Positions 1 through 12,150 of a stretch of DNA of 64,000 bases are shown in pieces. The notes beneath the pieces are model-generated. The model was not told the DNA's origin. It saw only the letters and a list, made by a program, of their open reading frames with translations, and made no database searches. Positions within the stretch are counted from its first letter, which is position 1, and every line of letters begins with the position of its first letter. A program made the translations under genes and the position numbers. The stretch comes from Octopus vulgaris (lineage: Eukaryota), in the NCBI GenBank assembly GCA_951406725.2, contig OX597822.1:47492001-47556000 (forward strand), read 5' to 3'.

Positions 1-124
1 ACACTCGTTGTCAAGCAGTGGTGGAGGACAATCACAAGCACAGACACGCACACACACACACATACATGCATACACATATACACACATACATACATACATA
101 TATATATATGTGTGTATATATATA

Positions 125-383
125 TTGCAGCGTGGAAGGTGTTTGTAAGCCATTTAAGAAACACACAAAAACCGTTACATTCACTTCAACATTTAAATTT
201 AATTTGCCAAAATATTTTCGTCGCTTTGAGACCGCGACCTGTTCACTGACAAAAATATCGTGCTAACAGGTCGCGGTCTCAAAGCGACGAAAATATTTTG
301 ACAAATTAAATTTAAATGTTGAAGTGAATGTAACGGTTTTTGTGTGTTTCTTAAATGGCTTATAAACACCTTCAACGCTGCAA
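125..383. repeat. Long inverted repeat (119-bp arms, 21-nt spacer)
   Basis: 125-243 is the reverse complement of 265-383, with 3 mismatches by eye. Confidence 0.95.
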
Positions 384-545
384 CTGTTTTCGTTCCAGCA
401 CACGATCTCAGATCAAGTCACTTGCTATGCAAGTACATCTCTGTAACTATATATATATTTATATATATATATATATGTATATTGGTAAAAACAGTAAGAT
501 AACAAAAGAAAGAAAGAGACCTCAATATTATGTAAATAGAGGAAA

Positions 546-940
546 TCTTTATATATAAAAGTGAGGTTGTGTGTCTGTCTCCTACGATTTAGATTCCTAA
601 CTACTCCTACATTTTGCGGTGCAGTTTAACCAAAAGCGGGTATCTTATAGTCGTGATTCATATCGAGACCGTCTGGGTATTAGCGCGCGTCTACGATGAG
701 TCTACGATTTAAAAAAAAATTTACCATCAATTTTTCCCATTTTTAATCCATTTTTGACATATATAAGGGAAGTAACTTTCTAAAATTTATTATTAAATCT
801 CAGAACGTAAAAAGCTACAGTAACACCCCTCCCCCTTTGTGGTTAGCCATATTGAGATGGCTATTATACTTTACATCTCTAAAAATGCTTATATAATTAT
901 TTCCCTTACAAACCCGAGCAACGCCGGGCGATACTGCTAG
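546..940 (+). mobile_element. Non-autonomous Helitron-like element
   Basis: 5' TC, 3' hairpin cccgagcaacgccggg then CTAG, inserted between A and T. Confidence 0.7.
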
Positions 941-1447
941 TATATATATATTTACAACGGGCTTCTTTCAGTTTCCATCTACCAAATCCACTCACAAGGC
1001 TTCGGTCAGCCCAAGACTATTGTGGAAGACACTTGCCCAAGGTGGCATGTATATATGTGTTGAGTGTGTATAAATGTTTTCTTTTGATTGGATGATATTC
1101 AGATAACATGGAGCATTATTGCTAAAGCTAGAAAGTACAGTGGGTGGGGTACAAGTAAGCTTTGCATTACTGGAAAGCTAAACGCCATCTAATAAAAAAG
1201 ATAACATCTTAAACATTAGGGATGACACCTTCTCCCCCTGCATGCAGAAGCAATATTTTACATTCTGATATTTCAAAGAGAAACCACCACCCACTCCGCC
1301 GATCCTACTAGGATAGGTTTTTTTTGTCTCTGAACATGAACATTAAATATATACATCATACGAACTCTGCATCTAGAAGACACATGCCCTCATGATTAAC
1401 TCCCTCAATACACAAACATACGAACATTAAACATACCTAGGACATAA

Positions 1448-1776
1448 TCTCTATATATATAAACGGCAAAATGTCTGCGTGTGTGTCCTTTATACAAATC
1501 CACAATTTTTCAGTTAGAGGGCTCGCACTTTCTATAGTCATTCAAAACCGTCCAAGGGTGGTCGTGCACATCTTTACCTTTCCCCAGTCACCCCGCAAAG
1601 CCATTAAAAAATCAATAGAAGTGACTTTTTTGTGAATTTTCTATCCAAAACCCAATCAAAATGCCCGAAACTTGATACACCAATAGAATGCCAGCTAGCT
1701 GTATGTGATTGGTCGGAGATTTGGACAGTACTTGCGTGTATGTGGGCACGCACGCAGCTGTATATGCATGCACTAG
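1448..1776 (+). mobile_element. Possible second Helitron-like element
   Basis: Starts tctctatatatataaa + (GT)n like 546-940; ends CTAG after a weak hairpin. Confidence 0.4.
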
Positions 1777-1924
1777 CACTATGATATTTACATGTGTGCA
1801 TGTGTGTATATGAGTGTGTGTGTGTGTGCATGTATATGCACACACACATCAAGACATTACAAGTCCAACAGCCATATTCATTGCATGTATGAAAATATCA
1901 ATATTTTGACAATATTTTGTAAAT

Positions 1925-3489
1925 CGTAAGTCGTTGTTTATAATTTCCATACCACATGTGCAGGAATGGTTGTTAAGAGACTTGTGAGTGATTCCTCAAG
2001 TAAAACTTGCTTTAGCTCTTTCCACGACAATGAAGGAAGCAAGCAGATCCTCACTTGCTGTTCTAATATGCACCATAAATGTTCGATTGTAGGGACCAAT
2101 CCAAGTAATGATTGTTGGGACTTGTCCAAATAGTCTGCTTCACTTTTCTGTTCTTTGGACCAATTTTTGAATGCCACTATCTGTGTGCATAGGCACAATA
2201 TCTTCTTGGAAGATTGTGTTACGATCAGAAAAGAATGTTTGTGCTATAGAGTGGATGTGATCAGTCAAAATACTCAGATAATCATTTGCATTAACTCAGC
2301 CATGTTGAACAACTAAAGAGCCAAAGGAATTCTGTGATATGGTCGCTCAAATCATAACAGAGTCACTTCCAAGTTTCACAGTAGGAGCCAAATAGTCAGG
2401 ATTGGAGGTTTCTCCAGGCCGTTTCAAGACATAAACTCGCCCTGAGGTGGGGAAAAGGGTGAATGATGGTTCTCCAAAGAAGATGACATTATTTCGTTGT
2501 GAACACTTCTGAAAGACGCTATTTTTTCTGATGAAGGGTCATGAAAGTTTTAACAATTGTAGCCCTCCTATTGCACCCAGTTTTATAAAGCTTAAGATGA
2601 AGGGTTTTGGTTGACATGAGATTATGAAGGTGGTGGTTTAACACTGCTATCATTTTTACTGCTCTACAGTTCTATATTTGAGAGATGAGGAATTATGTAC
2701 ATTATTTACATTTGATGGATATTTATCTCATCTTGTTAATAGAACGTCTCGGCTGATGTACTCTCCAGCTGTCATCTAGTGTCCTGGGGGAATTTTGGGC
2801 ATATGGCATAGTGGTTAAGTGTGCGAGCTACTAACCCCAAGATTCTGAGTTTGATTCCAGGCAGTGGCCTGAATAATAATCATGATGATGATGACAATAA
2901 TAGCAACAACATTGGAAAAATACCTTAGGAATGAGAACCCAAGTTCAAAATTCCCCCAGGGCACCTGATGAAGGCTGGAGAGTATATCAGTTGAAATGTT
3001 GTGTTAACAACAAACAAGATGAGGACAAATATCCGTCAAATGTAAATGATGTAAATAATTTACTGCTGTAGTCTGATGGCTTTTAGACTCTATACGTTTC
3101 ACTATTATGCAGGCCCTCTCTGTGAGCTTAGCCTTTCATCCAAAATTATACTTGCCAGAACTGGTTTTTACATTTGTTCTGGAATGCTAACATGAATTTA
3201 CACACCACCTCTCAAAGCGTTAAACAAATCAGCAGTTTTAGTGAATGAAGCTCCAGCCATCCAGGCTCCAGGAATTTATACTTTTTGGAAACCCATTTGA
3301 TAAGTTAACTATCTTAATATCTGGGACAAAAAAGAAAAAGAATAAAAGACGGCTCTGTCTAAGGGCAGAACATACATAATACATATGGACTCGTATATAC
3401 ACTTGAACAGTTTTGAATTTGTCATATCACCAATAGAAAAAAATAGTGAAATAAAAAGAGATGTCTTTATTATTTTGTCCAACCCTGTA
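1925..3489 (-). mobile_element. Decayed Tc1-like transposon (interrupted by the 2664-3058 insertion)
   Basis: IEHLWCILEQQVR..LKQVLLEE Tc1 DDE C-terminal motif; TIR-like (TA)CAGGGTTGGACAAAATAAT at the right end. Confidence 0.75.
2664..3058 (+). mobile_element. tRNA-headed short element with hammerhead-like tail and inverted tail copy
   Basis: A/B-box-like head at about 2797-2870; CTGATGA...GAAA core at 2965-2996; inverted copy at 2689-2798; tttactgct on both flanks. Confidence 0.7.
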
Positions 3490-3792
3490 TGTGTGTGTGT
3501 GTGTGTGGGGGGGGTGAATTAAATTATAAATCATTGGTTACCCTGTATGGTCAGAGTGCATGAGTTGGAACATAAAAGAATGACAGAATAAAGAACTTCA
3601 AAAAATTTAAATTAAAAAGATTGCAATAAAAACTGTCGACTTTTCTAAAGAAATTTATTTTTTAATTACCATAAAAATTTTGTTCACAAAATCATAATAG
3701 AACAAGTTTTACATGCAAATGTAGTGCTATACATATGTACACATGCATCCAGTTGTTTGGTTCTCTTCAGAGGTAATCCAGTTAAACATGGA

Positions 3793-6700
3793 CATCATCA
3801 TCATCATCATCGTTTAACGTCCGCTTTCCATGCTAGCATGGGTTGGACGATTTGACTGAGATCTGCTGAACCAGATGGCTGCACCAGGCTCCATTCTGAT
3901 CTGGCAGAGTTTCTACAGCTGGATGCACCTTCCTAACGCCAACCACTCCGAGAGTATAGTGGGTGCTTTTACATGCCACCGGCACAAGGGCCAGTCAAGC
4001 GGTACTGGCAATGGTCATGCTCAAATGGTGTTTTTTATGTGCCACCTGCACAGGAGCCAGTCAGGCAGCACTGGCAACGACCTTGCTTGAATGTTATTTC
4101 ATGTGTCACTAGCACAAGTGCCAGTAAGATGATGCTGATAACGATCACACTCGAATGGTGCTTTTTACATGCCACTGGCACGGAAGCCAGTTTGTTGCTC
4201 TGGCAACTTTCACGCTCAGATCGTGCTCATAGCACTCCACTAGCACGGATGCTAGTCATTGAATTTGATTTCGATTGCCTCAACAGGTTTTTGCAAGCAG
4301 AGTTTAGTGCCCATTGAAAGAAAAGTACACATAAGTAGGCTGGTTACACCCCTGGCATAGGCCACAAAGTTATGGTCTCACTTGAATTGCTGTGTCTTCT
4401 CAAGCACAGCATATTTCCAAAGGTCCTGGTCACCAGTCATTGCCTCGGTGAGGCCTAATGTTCGAAGGTCATGGTTCACCACCTTATCTCAGGTCTTCCT
4501 GGATCTACCTGTTCCACAGGTTCCCCCAACCGCTAGGGTGTGACACTTTTTCACACAGCTATCCTCATCCATTCTCGCCACATGATCATACCAGCGCAGT
4601 CGTCTCTCTTGCACACCACATCTGATGCTTCTTAGGTTCAACTTTTTTCTCGAGGTACTTACACTCTATCAAGTATGCACACTGACATTACACATCCATC
4701 GGATCATACTGGCTTCATTACTTGCAAGCTTACGCATGTCCTCAGCAGTTACAGCCCATGTTTCACTGCCATATAGCATGGCTGTTCATACATATGCGTC
4801 ATACAGTCTACCTTTTACTCTGAGCAAGAGGCCCTTTGTCACCATCAGAGGTAAGAGCTCTCTGAACTTTGCCCAGGCTATTCTTATTCTAGCAGTTACA
4901 CTTTCAGTGTACCCTCCCCCGCTACTGACTTGGTCACCTAGGTAACAGAAGCTATCAACTACTTCTAGTTTTTCACCCTGGAATGTGGTGGAAGTGGTTC
5001 TCTGCACATTTACAGTGTTATTTATAGCTCCCGAGCATCTGCCACATACAAAAACTATCTTCCTAGTTAGCCTTCCTTTGATATTGCTGCACATCTTATG
5101 TGTCCATAGCTTACACTGGGTACATCTTATAGAATTTCTACCTACACCTTTTCTACAGATCGAGCAGAGCCATCTACATGAAGGGATTTGTGGTATGTCT
5201 GCCTTACTACTTATTAAGACTTTGGTTTTAGCTAGGTTGACTCTAAGGACCTTTGATTCCAATCCTTGCTTCCACGCCTGAAACTTTTCCTCTAGTTCTG
5301 ATAGTGACTCAGCAATTAGAGCAAGGTTATCAGCTTAGAGGAGCTCCCAGGGGCATCCTGTCTTGAATTCCTCTGTTATTGCCTGGAGGACTATGATGAA
5401 TAAGAGGGCGCTGAGGACTGAACCTTGGTGGACCCCTACCTCTACCCGGAACTCTTCACTGTACTCATCACGAACCCTCACCTTACTAACAGTGTCCCTG
5501 TACATGGCTTGCACAGCTCTCACTAACCATTCATCTATACCTAGTTTCCTCGTTGACCACCAGATAAGGGATCGGGGGACCCTCTCAAAGGCATTCTCCA
5601 TGTCAATGAAAGCCAGGTGCAGAGGTTTATCTTTGGCTAGGTATTTCTCCTGCAGCTGCCTTACCAGAAATATAGCATCAGTGGTGCTTTTCCCTGGCAT
5701 GAACCCAAACTGCATCTCATCTAAACTGACTCTCTCCTCTAATTAGTTGGGCTATGACCCTCTCCGTGACCTTCAATACCTGATCCAACAACTTGATACC
5801 TCTGTAATTATTTGTATCTAAAGTGTCACCTTTACTTTTGTAGCAGTTGACTATGGTGCTGCTACACCAGTCATTGGGTATGACTCCTTCATGTATCACC
5901 TGGTTAACTATATGGGTGACTAGGCTATTGCCGACACTGCCAGATATTTTGAGCATCTCTGCAGTGATTCCTGATGGTCTGGGAGCTTTCCCTCTCTTCA
6001 TACTCTTAATTGCTTTATCTACTGTCAACTCAGACAGCTGGTCCCTCTGTTGGGTCGACATTCAGTTGACTCTCTTTCTCCCATTCATTTTCTTTATTGA
6101 GCAACTTTTCATTGTGGAGTCTCCAAACCTCTCTCTTTGCAGCCTCGTTTAGCCCTGTCAACAACATTGTTCCACCATCACGTTATTTTGGGTAGAGAGG
6201 GGACTTTGCATCCTCCACAGATCTGGTCCGGGGCCCTCAACAGGTTGTCCCTTAGAAACCTCCAGTTGTCTTCCACATCATGGGAAGCTATATCCCTTTC
6301 TATTTCATCAAAGGCTTTGAGTAATATGTCTCTAAATTGCTGTTCATTCGCAGGATCCTTAAGGTTCCAGACCCTTCTCCTCCATGCTGGTCGTCTTCTG
6401 GGCATCCACTTAGCCCTGATCCTGAAGTCACTAACTACCAGTCTATGTTATGGGGTACATTCTTCACCTGGGAAGGTTTTGGCATTATAAGCAGCCATCT
6501 TTCCCTTTTTCTGGTGAAGATATAGTCAATTTGGCTAGTGTGTCTGCCAGAACTGTAGGTGACTAGGTGACTGGCAGGTTTCCTGAAGTTAGTATTGCAA
6601 ACCATAAGATCATTTGCATTGCAGAACTCCAGCAGCCTGGTTCCCTCCTCATTGTGGGAACCAAAACTGTAACCTCCATGTACACCATGGAAGCCCCCTG

Positions 6701-7185
6701 TATGTTGTCCAACATGTCCATTGAAGTCACCAGCCACAAAGAGAAGGTCCCTGTCATTTGTCAACGAGGTAGTCTGCAAGAGGGTGTCATAGAATCAGTC
6801 TTTCTGTCCATCGGGTAGCCCTAGCTGAGGGGCATAGGCCAAAATAATGGTTGCTAACCCATGATGAAGCACTAATCTAATCTTAAGTATTCTGTTACAT
6901 ACTCCGACTACCTCAATTACCTTATCCACCCATTTCTCTGCAAGAAGTATACCCACTCCCCTGGCCCCGTCAGTGCTCCCTGCCCAGAAAATCTTGTACC
7001 TGTGTTCTTTGCCTGTGAGGAACCTAGCGGAACCTCTTCTCCACCTTACTTGTTGGATGCAGCACATATCGACACATCTCCGTTCAAGTACCTCATCAAT
7101 CTCACCAGACCTATCTTTCAATGTGCCGATGTTGAGAGTGCCAACCCTGAGAGTGTGGGAGGTATTGTCCCGTGGTCTAGTTTTG
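3793..7185 (-). mobile_element. RTE-clade LINE, near full-length, pseudogenised
   Basis: APE motifs (NIGTL, CIQQVRW, AGDFNGHVG, SQIDY), RT motifs (QFGFMPGKSTTDAIF, GVHQGSVLS), PHD-like CSIC..CTQC..H..C insert, (GAT)n tail at 3793-3811; frameshifts and stops. Confidence 0.95.
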
Positions 7186-7659
7186 AGAGCTTCTGAGGCA
7201 TATAATTATACAGGCATACATGCATATGAATAAATATATACTTATCCAAAATCGAGGCTAATACCATTCCTCTATGTGATCGGCTTGAAAAATTAAGATA
7301 TTAAGATACTTTCTTATTTTTCATATGTATGTTTATGTGTATGTATGTATGTATGTATGTATGTCTTTATCTTTTTACTTGTTTCAGACTGCATTGAAAG
7401 GTTTAGTTGAACAAATTGCCCCCAATACTGGTTGTCAAGTGGTCGTGGGGACAAACACAAATACAAAGATACACACACACACACATATACATATATATGA
7501 CAGGCTTCCACACGATTTCCACCTACCAAATTCACTTACAACGCATTGATCAACAAGAGGAGATACTTGCTCAAGGAACCATGCAGTAGTACTGGATCCA
7601 AAGCCACATGGGTATAAAGCGAATTTCTTAAGCACAGCCACGCCTGCATCTAATATGTA

Positions 7660-8673
7660 TATCATTATTCAGTTTATTTCAAAATTTCTTGCCAATAGAG
7701 AATGAACTGGTTTCTAACCCAGATTTTTACAGTTTCAGTGATGGATTGGATCTGTAGCCTTCGAATTAGTGTTCTCCTTTCTGGTTTTGAGAAGCCTAAT
7801 TTCTCAAGATAGGTATTTAGACAGTGTGTTACATATCCCAGGGCCCCAATAATTACAGGTATTATCCTGAACTTGTAATCTGGATAGAGTAACTGTAGAT
7901 TTCTCAATAGTTCAGCATAGGTGTTCTCTTTTTCACTGATCTTCAGCTTTAAGTTAACATCTGCTGGGCAGCTAATTTCCACAACTGTGCAGTTTCTTTT
8001 CTCTATCCCAAATCATTATATCAGGTCTATTGCACTTACATTTTATTGAGGTCTTCACTGGTACATTCCACCAATAATTCTTTTTTTCATTATGAATGGC
8101 TATGGCTTCTACCATATTGTGGGTTTTTATTTCTTTGTCCTCAGGATTATCCTTCCAACGGATTTCATTATAGAGTGTCCTAGCTAGAACGTCATGTCTC
8201 ATTGGTAGATAATACTGTGATGACAACTACTTATGATCTTATTTTCCAACAACTGCTTATGATGTGGGTGATATCTTCAGTGTGAACTCTACAAAGTCTG
8301 CATTGGTTGTCACATTTTCTGGCCTTTCCCACATCTCTATCCCTTTTGTGCATTAGGTACTTGGTTGATATAAATACCTGTAACATTCCTCGTCAGATAT
8401 AGGGGAAACAGTCAAATCGTTACCAGAGATGCTACCAGTCTGGTTTATAGTTTTCCCCCTTTTCACAACCATATAACAACATTTATGCTGATCAAACTCC
8501 AACCCTATATCCTTTGAAAATGTTGTAACTAGGTCAAGGCTCTTTTTCATCTCATGCATATTCTTTGCATAAAGTTTTAAGTCATCCACAAAGAAACAGT
8601 GTGTAATTTTGGTATTTCTGTTTCTTTGTGAACCAGTGAAATAGCCTTCAGACCCTTCAGACTTCCTTAACAT
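7660..8673 (-). mobile_element. R4/Dong-like (RLE-type) non-LTR retrotransposon 3' remnant with internal deletion
   Basis: HCFFVDDLKLYAK RT motif, CRLC..H zinc knuckle, RHD, RPD, EISCP..KENTY, IIPVIIGALG. Confidence 0.85.
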
Positions 8674-8940
8674 GAATGTGTGTATTCTCTTGCTTTTTTT
8701 TTTATTTAGAGTTACTTTTGACCAGTCACCTGCTTGGTAACAAGGTCGAGGAGGTGAGCATTTTCTTTTGTTTATTGTCTTTTAAATCTTTAGGTCTTCC
8801 AGATTTTTATAGTCCTAGATTTTGTGATCATTTGTAGGGTATGAAATGAGTTGCATTCTCTTCCCGAGATCCCAAGTTTAACCATATTTTGCTCCAGGCG
8901 GATTTGTACGTATATCCTGTTATGCCAATAATAATAGGTA

Positions 8941-9393
8941 CAGGGTTGGATTAAGACCCGTAGAGGCCCTAAGCACTTAAAAGGTTTTGGTGCCCTCAAG
9001 TAAATGTAAATGGTTCAAAATGTAAACAAAAATAATTCAAAATGCGAACGATAATAAACCATAAAATAAATTTTTATTTTTCAAAATGAAACAAAATTCT
9101 CAGGAAAATGTTTATTTTTGCATGCTTCAACTTCATTTATATTTGAAAAGTTTTTCCTTGTTTTTGTTTTAAATTGCAAAGTGTTCAATGATATCGTTAA
9201 TTAATTATTTTATTTTATGTAAAAACTTCTGCTTCTATACTTAGTAGACATGTGGTATCCCGAATATTATTTTAGCAAGTTTAAAGTGATTTTATTTTGT
9301 GCCGTAAACCATTTACCATTTCTGTGGTGCCCCCTCCTTCCCTTGATGCCTTAATCACGTGCTTATTTTGCTTAATGGGTTAATCCATGGCTG
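8941..9393. mobile_element. hAT-type MITE
   Basis: Imperfect TIRs CAGGGTTGGATTAA / TTAATCCATGGCTG; 8-bp TSD aataggta / agtaggta; removing it restores the host LINE reading. Confidence 0.8.
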
Positions 9394-9691
9394 AGTAGGT
9401 ATAAAACTGAAAGTGTATCTTGGGTACTGGATTTACGAAATCCTTATCAACTGTCCATAGATGTTTTCTTTCTCCTTTATTTTTTCTGACCACATTGGTG
9501 TCCAGATGGCAACAGAGTTCCACAACAATATCTAACTGGTTGTGTTTCAACTTGGTGGCTGCTTTAATTGAAAATAGTCTTTTGACCCAGCAGTTTCCAT
9601 ATAGACAACTTCGGAAGTTACTATTTTTAAATCTCACAACGTGAGATATTCAGCAACAGTACTTTGTAGTAAAAATTGTTTGCCAACATAA

Positions 9692-9798
9692 CATGGCAGT
9701 CCTGGTCTAGGAAGAATGTTGCTGTAATTTAGCCCCAGGAAACATCGTCTCCTGGGGCTAAATTACAGCAACGTTCATCCTAAACCCAGACTGCCATG
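9692..9798. repeat. Hairpin / inverted repeat (about 48-bp arms)
   Basis: Core gttgctgtaatttagccccagga pairs perfectly with tcctggggctaaattacagcaac. Confidence 0.9.
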
Positions 9799-11699
9799 CA
9801 TAGCAACTTCGTCTGGAGTGTTTTCTTTTTTTATTATTCTATTTCAGACAGTTCTGGCCACCACCTTGCCACATGGGAAGATAATATCTGGAAGACGTTT
9901 TCTCACAGTTGGCAATAATATAGCTGATGCCTTCAGTCTTGATCTTACAAAACATACATATGTTGTCTGTAGGTGTTTTCTGGGGTTTTTTTTTTTTTTT
10001 TGCTGTGTGTGTATGTATGTACCCACGCTCATGTATTTATTTAGAAAATTATATTGTTTGAAAAAAATTCTATTTTAAGTTCAACTTTTTAATTTCTTTA
10101 CCTTTGAATTTATTTATTTTTGCTTTATATTTTATATTTATGATGTACATATTCCATATATTATATTGTATATCTGCTTCACAGATGATTAAATGTTTTA
10201 CACTGGGACCATTGTATATATGTAGTGTAGAGTAACGATATGTAAAGGCAGATTAAGATATTGAAATAAATGTCGTGTAAATAATGAGACAGAAAGAAAC
10301 ATGGAGCCCTTTTTAAATCATACTATTGTTAACTGAAATAATTAGCTGTATCAGTTCATGCTTGATTATTTCCTTAAAATGCAAGAGAAAAACATCCATT
10401 GAAATAACAAACATCCTTTGCACGTTAGTCTCTGTATGACCTACATAAATTTCTGTTGTGAAGCTATTTGCTACGAGTTCGAGCTGCATCCGTTCTTTTC
10501 CATTGTCAGTTTAAGCCATTTTCCACTTTGAATGATACTATTTTAGTTGGATAGGTTGTAATATCATGTGATTTATTTGGAGGCTGAAATTGGTTGGGTT
10601 GCATATTGGTGTGCGATAGAGTAAGAGACAAATTGTGCCAATACAAACCAATCAGAGTGGTAGAACAACGGGTCCAAAACAGCATCCAAAGGTTAGCTGT
10701 TACCTGCTACGTTCATATGTATGTATATATAATAGAGAGAGGGATTTCACTGGAGTTTGCTATAGACAGCCTCCCACCAAGTCCTTTTGTGGGAGACAAA
10801 ATAGATGATAAAAGGAAGGTTTCTGTAGCAGCAAAGAAAGGTGTCCAATCAAAGAGAACAAGGCATATATGTTGTACAATGACACACTGTTAACAGGAGT
10901 CTCACTAAAACTGATTTCCCATCACAACAGGAGTCTCTTGGTTTGACCTTAACCATTGAGTCCAGAATGATAATCCTTTTCTTATTTGAAGAAGCAAGTT
11001 GTTCATATATGATGCCATGGATGCCTGACAGTGCCTTGTCACTTCAGACAGAAACTGGAAAGCTGCCACCTGCTACGCAGAAGAGTGAAAGATGACTAAA
11101 TCCAAGTTAGTTTTTTCCCCGCTTGAAAATATCCAAACCAGGCGAATAGGCCACAGCTAAGCAAAGGTTGGGTGAAATCAGTGCCCCACCCAAAATTCTA
11201 TATATACATGTATATTTAAGATAGCAAATAAGGATGCCATAACATAATAAAAGATTTACATGAAATACTGTGAGCTGGTATTAAGAGATCTGATAAATGA
11301 ATTGATGGCAGCAAAATACAGTAAATGAGATAAAAATAAAGGAGCTAAAATAAAGTGGAATAAAGGGATATGGGAATAAAAGAACGGGTAAGAAAATTAA
11401 AATGAAGGAAATCAATGCTGTTTTCTCCAGGAAAACAATAAGGACAGAGTTTATTCTGCAATTCAGTAGTTCTAGGGAAAATGATTTATACAGAAGACTT
11501 GCAGTATGTCTGTTGGATATCCAATAATCATGGATGATGTCATTGCTGTTGTCATTGTCATTCATCATCATCATCATCATCATCATTTAACGTCCGTTTT
11601 CCCAGCTGGCATGGGTTGGATGGTTCAACAGAAGTTGGTGAGCCAGAAGGCTACACCAAACTCCAATGTCTGCTTTGGTATGGTTTTCTAAACCCCAAC

Positions 11700-12150
11700 T
11701 AAATTTATCAGAGATCTGATGAGAAAGTCATAGACTAGTAAGATCATGGCATGGAGCTTGTCTGAACATTTTTCTTAGAGGTAACAGTACAAGTAGACCA
11801 AACTTTTAGCATTGCTTCAACATTCATCACCAAATAAACAATATATTTGATTCTGTACTCTACTAAGAAAGGACAACACAGACTTGAATAAACCTACCTG
11901 AAAGTGTGAGCAGTGCTCTAATTTTGTACTAATATGGCTCCTGTAGAGATACAATGGAGCTTCAGGTATGAAGAATATTTTTGAATTGTAGAATGAGTAG
12001 CAAATATAGTGTAGAAGATTTGTATTAAATCAGAAGTGAGTTTACATAGACAAGGAAACTCCTTTTGATGCTGTCATCTCATTTGTAGTAGCAGCGAAGG
12101 TCAGGAATTTGACAATGTTTGCAGAAAGATACTCGGTTGGTCTTGGAAGT
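11700..12150 (-). mobile_element. Old CR1/Jockey-group LINE fragment (post-RT region)
   Basis: Minus translation YRSHISTKLEHCSHF..SVLSFLSRVQ resembles the Y...IRP.LEY.S..W....L.RVQ motif. Confidence 0.55.

Larger units (their letters stand above)
8785..9975 (-). mobile_element. Second, older R4/Dong-like RLE remnant split by a hAT MITE
   Basis: CMFCKIKTEGISYIIANC..SSRYYLPM near 9860-9965; LDIVV..EKENIYG..FSFIP | IIIGITGY joins across 8941-9393. Confidence 0.7.

Noticed and set aside
18-266. Short ORFs rich in YI/HT/CV dipeptides here and throughout
   Set aside because: Translations of microsatellites and SINEs
2797-2870. tRNA gene
   Set aside because: Imperfect cloverleaf, no oligo-T terminator, embedded in a repeat; treated as a SINE head (same for 24581-24650)
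8710-8753. Possible 44-nt exon (tttag...gag|gtgagc)
   Set aside because: No partner exons or recognisable peptide; lies between two LINE remnants
9849-9972. Apparent + strand exon (strong ttctatttcag acceptor, open frame)
   Set aside because: The minus strand encodes the zinc knuckle of an R4/Dong-like LINE continuous with 8785-9640
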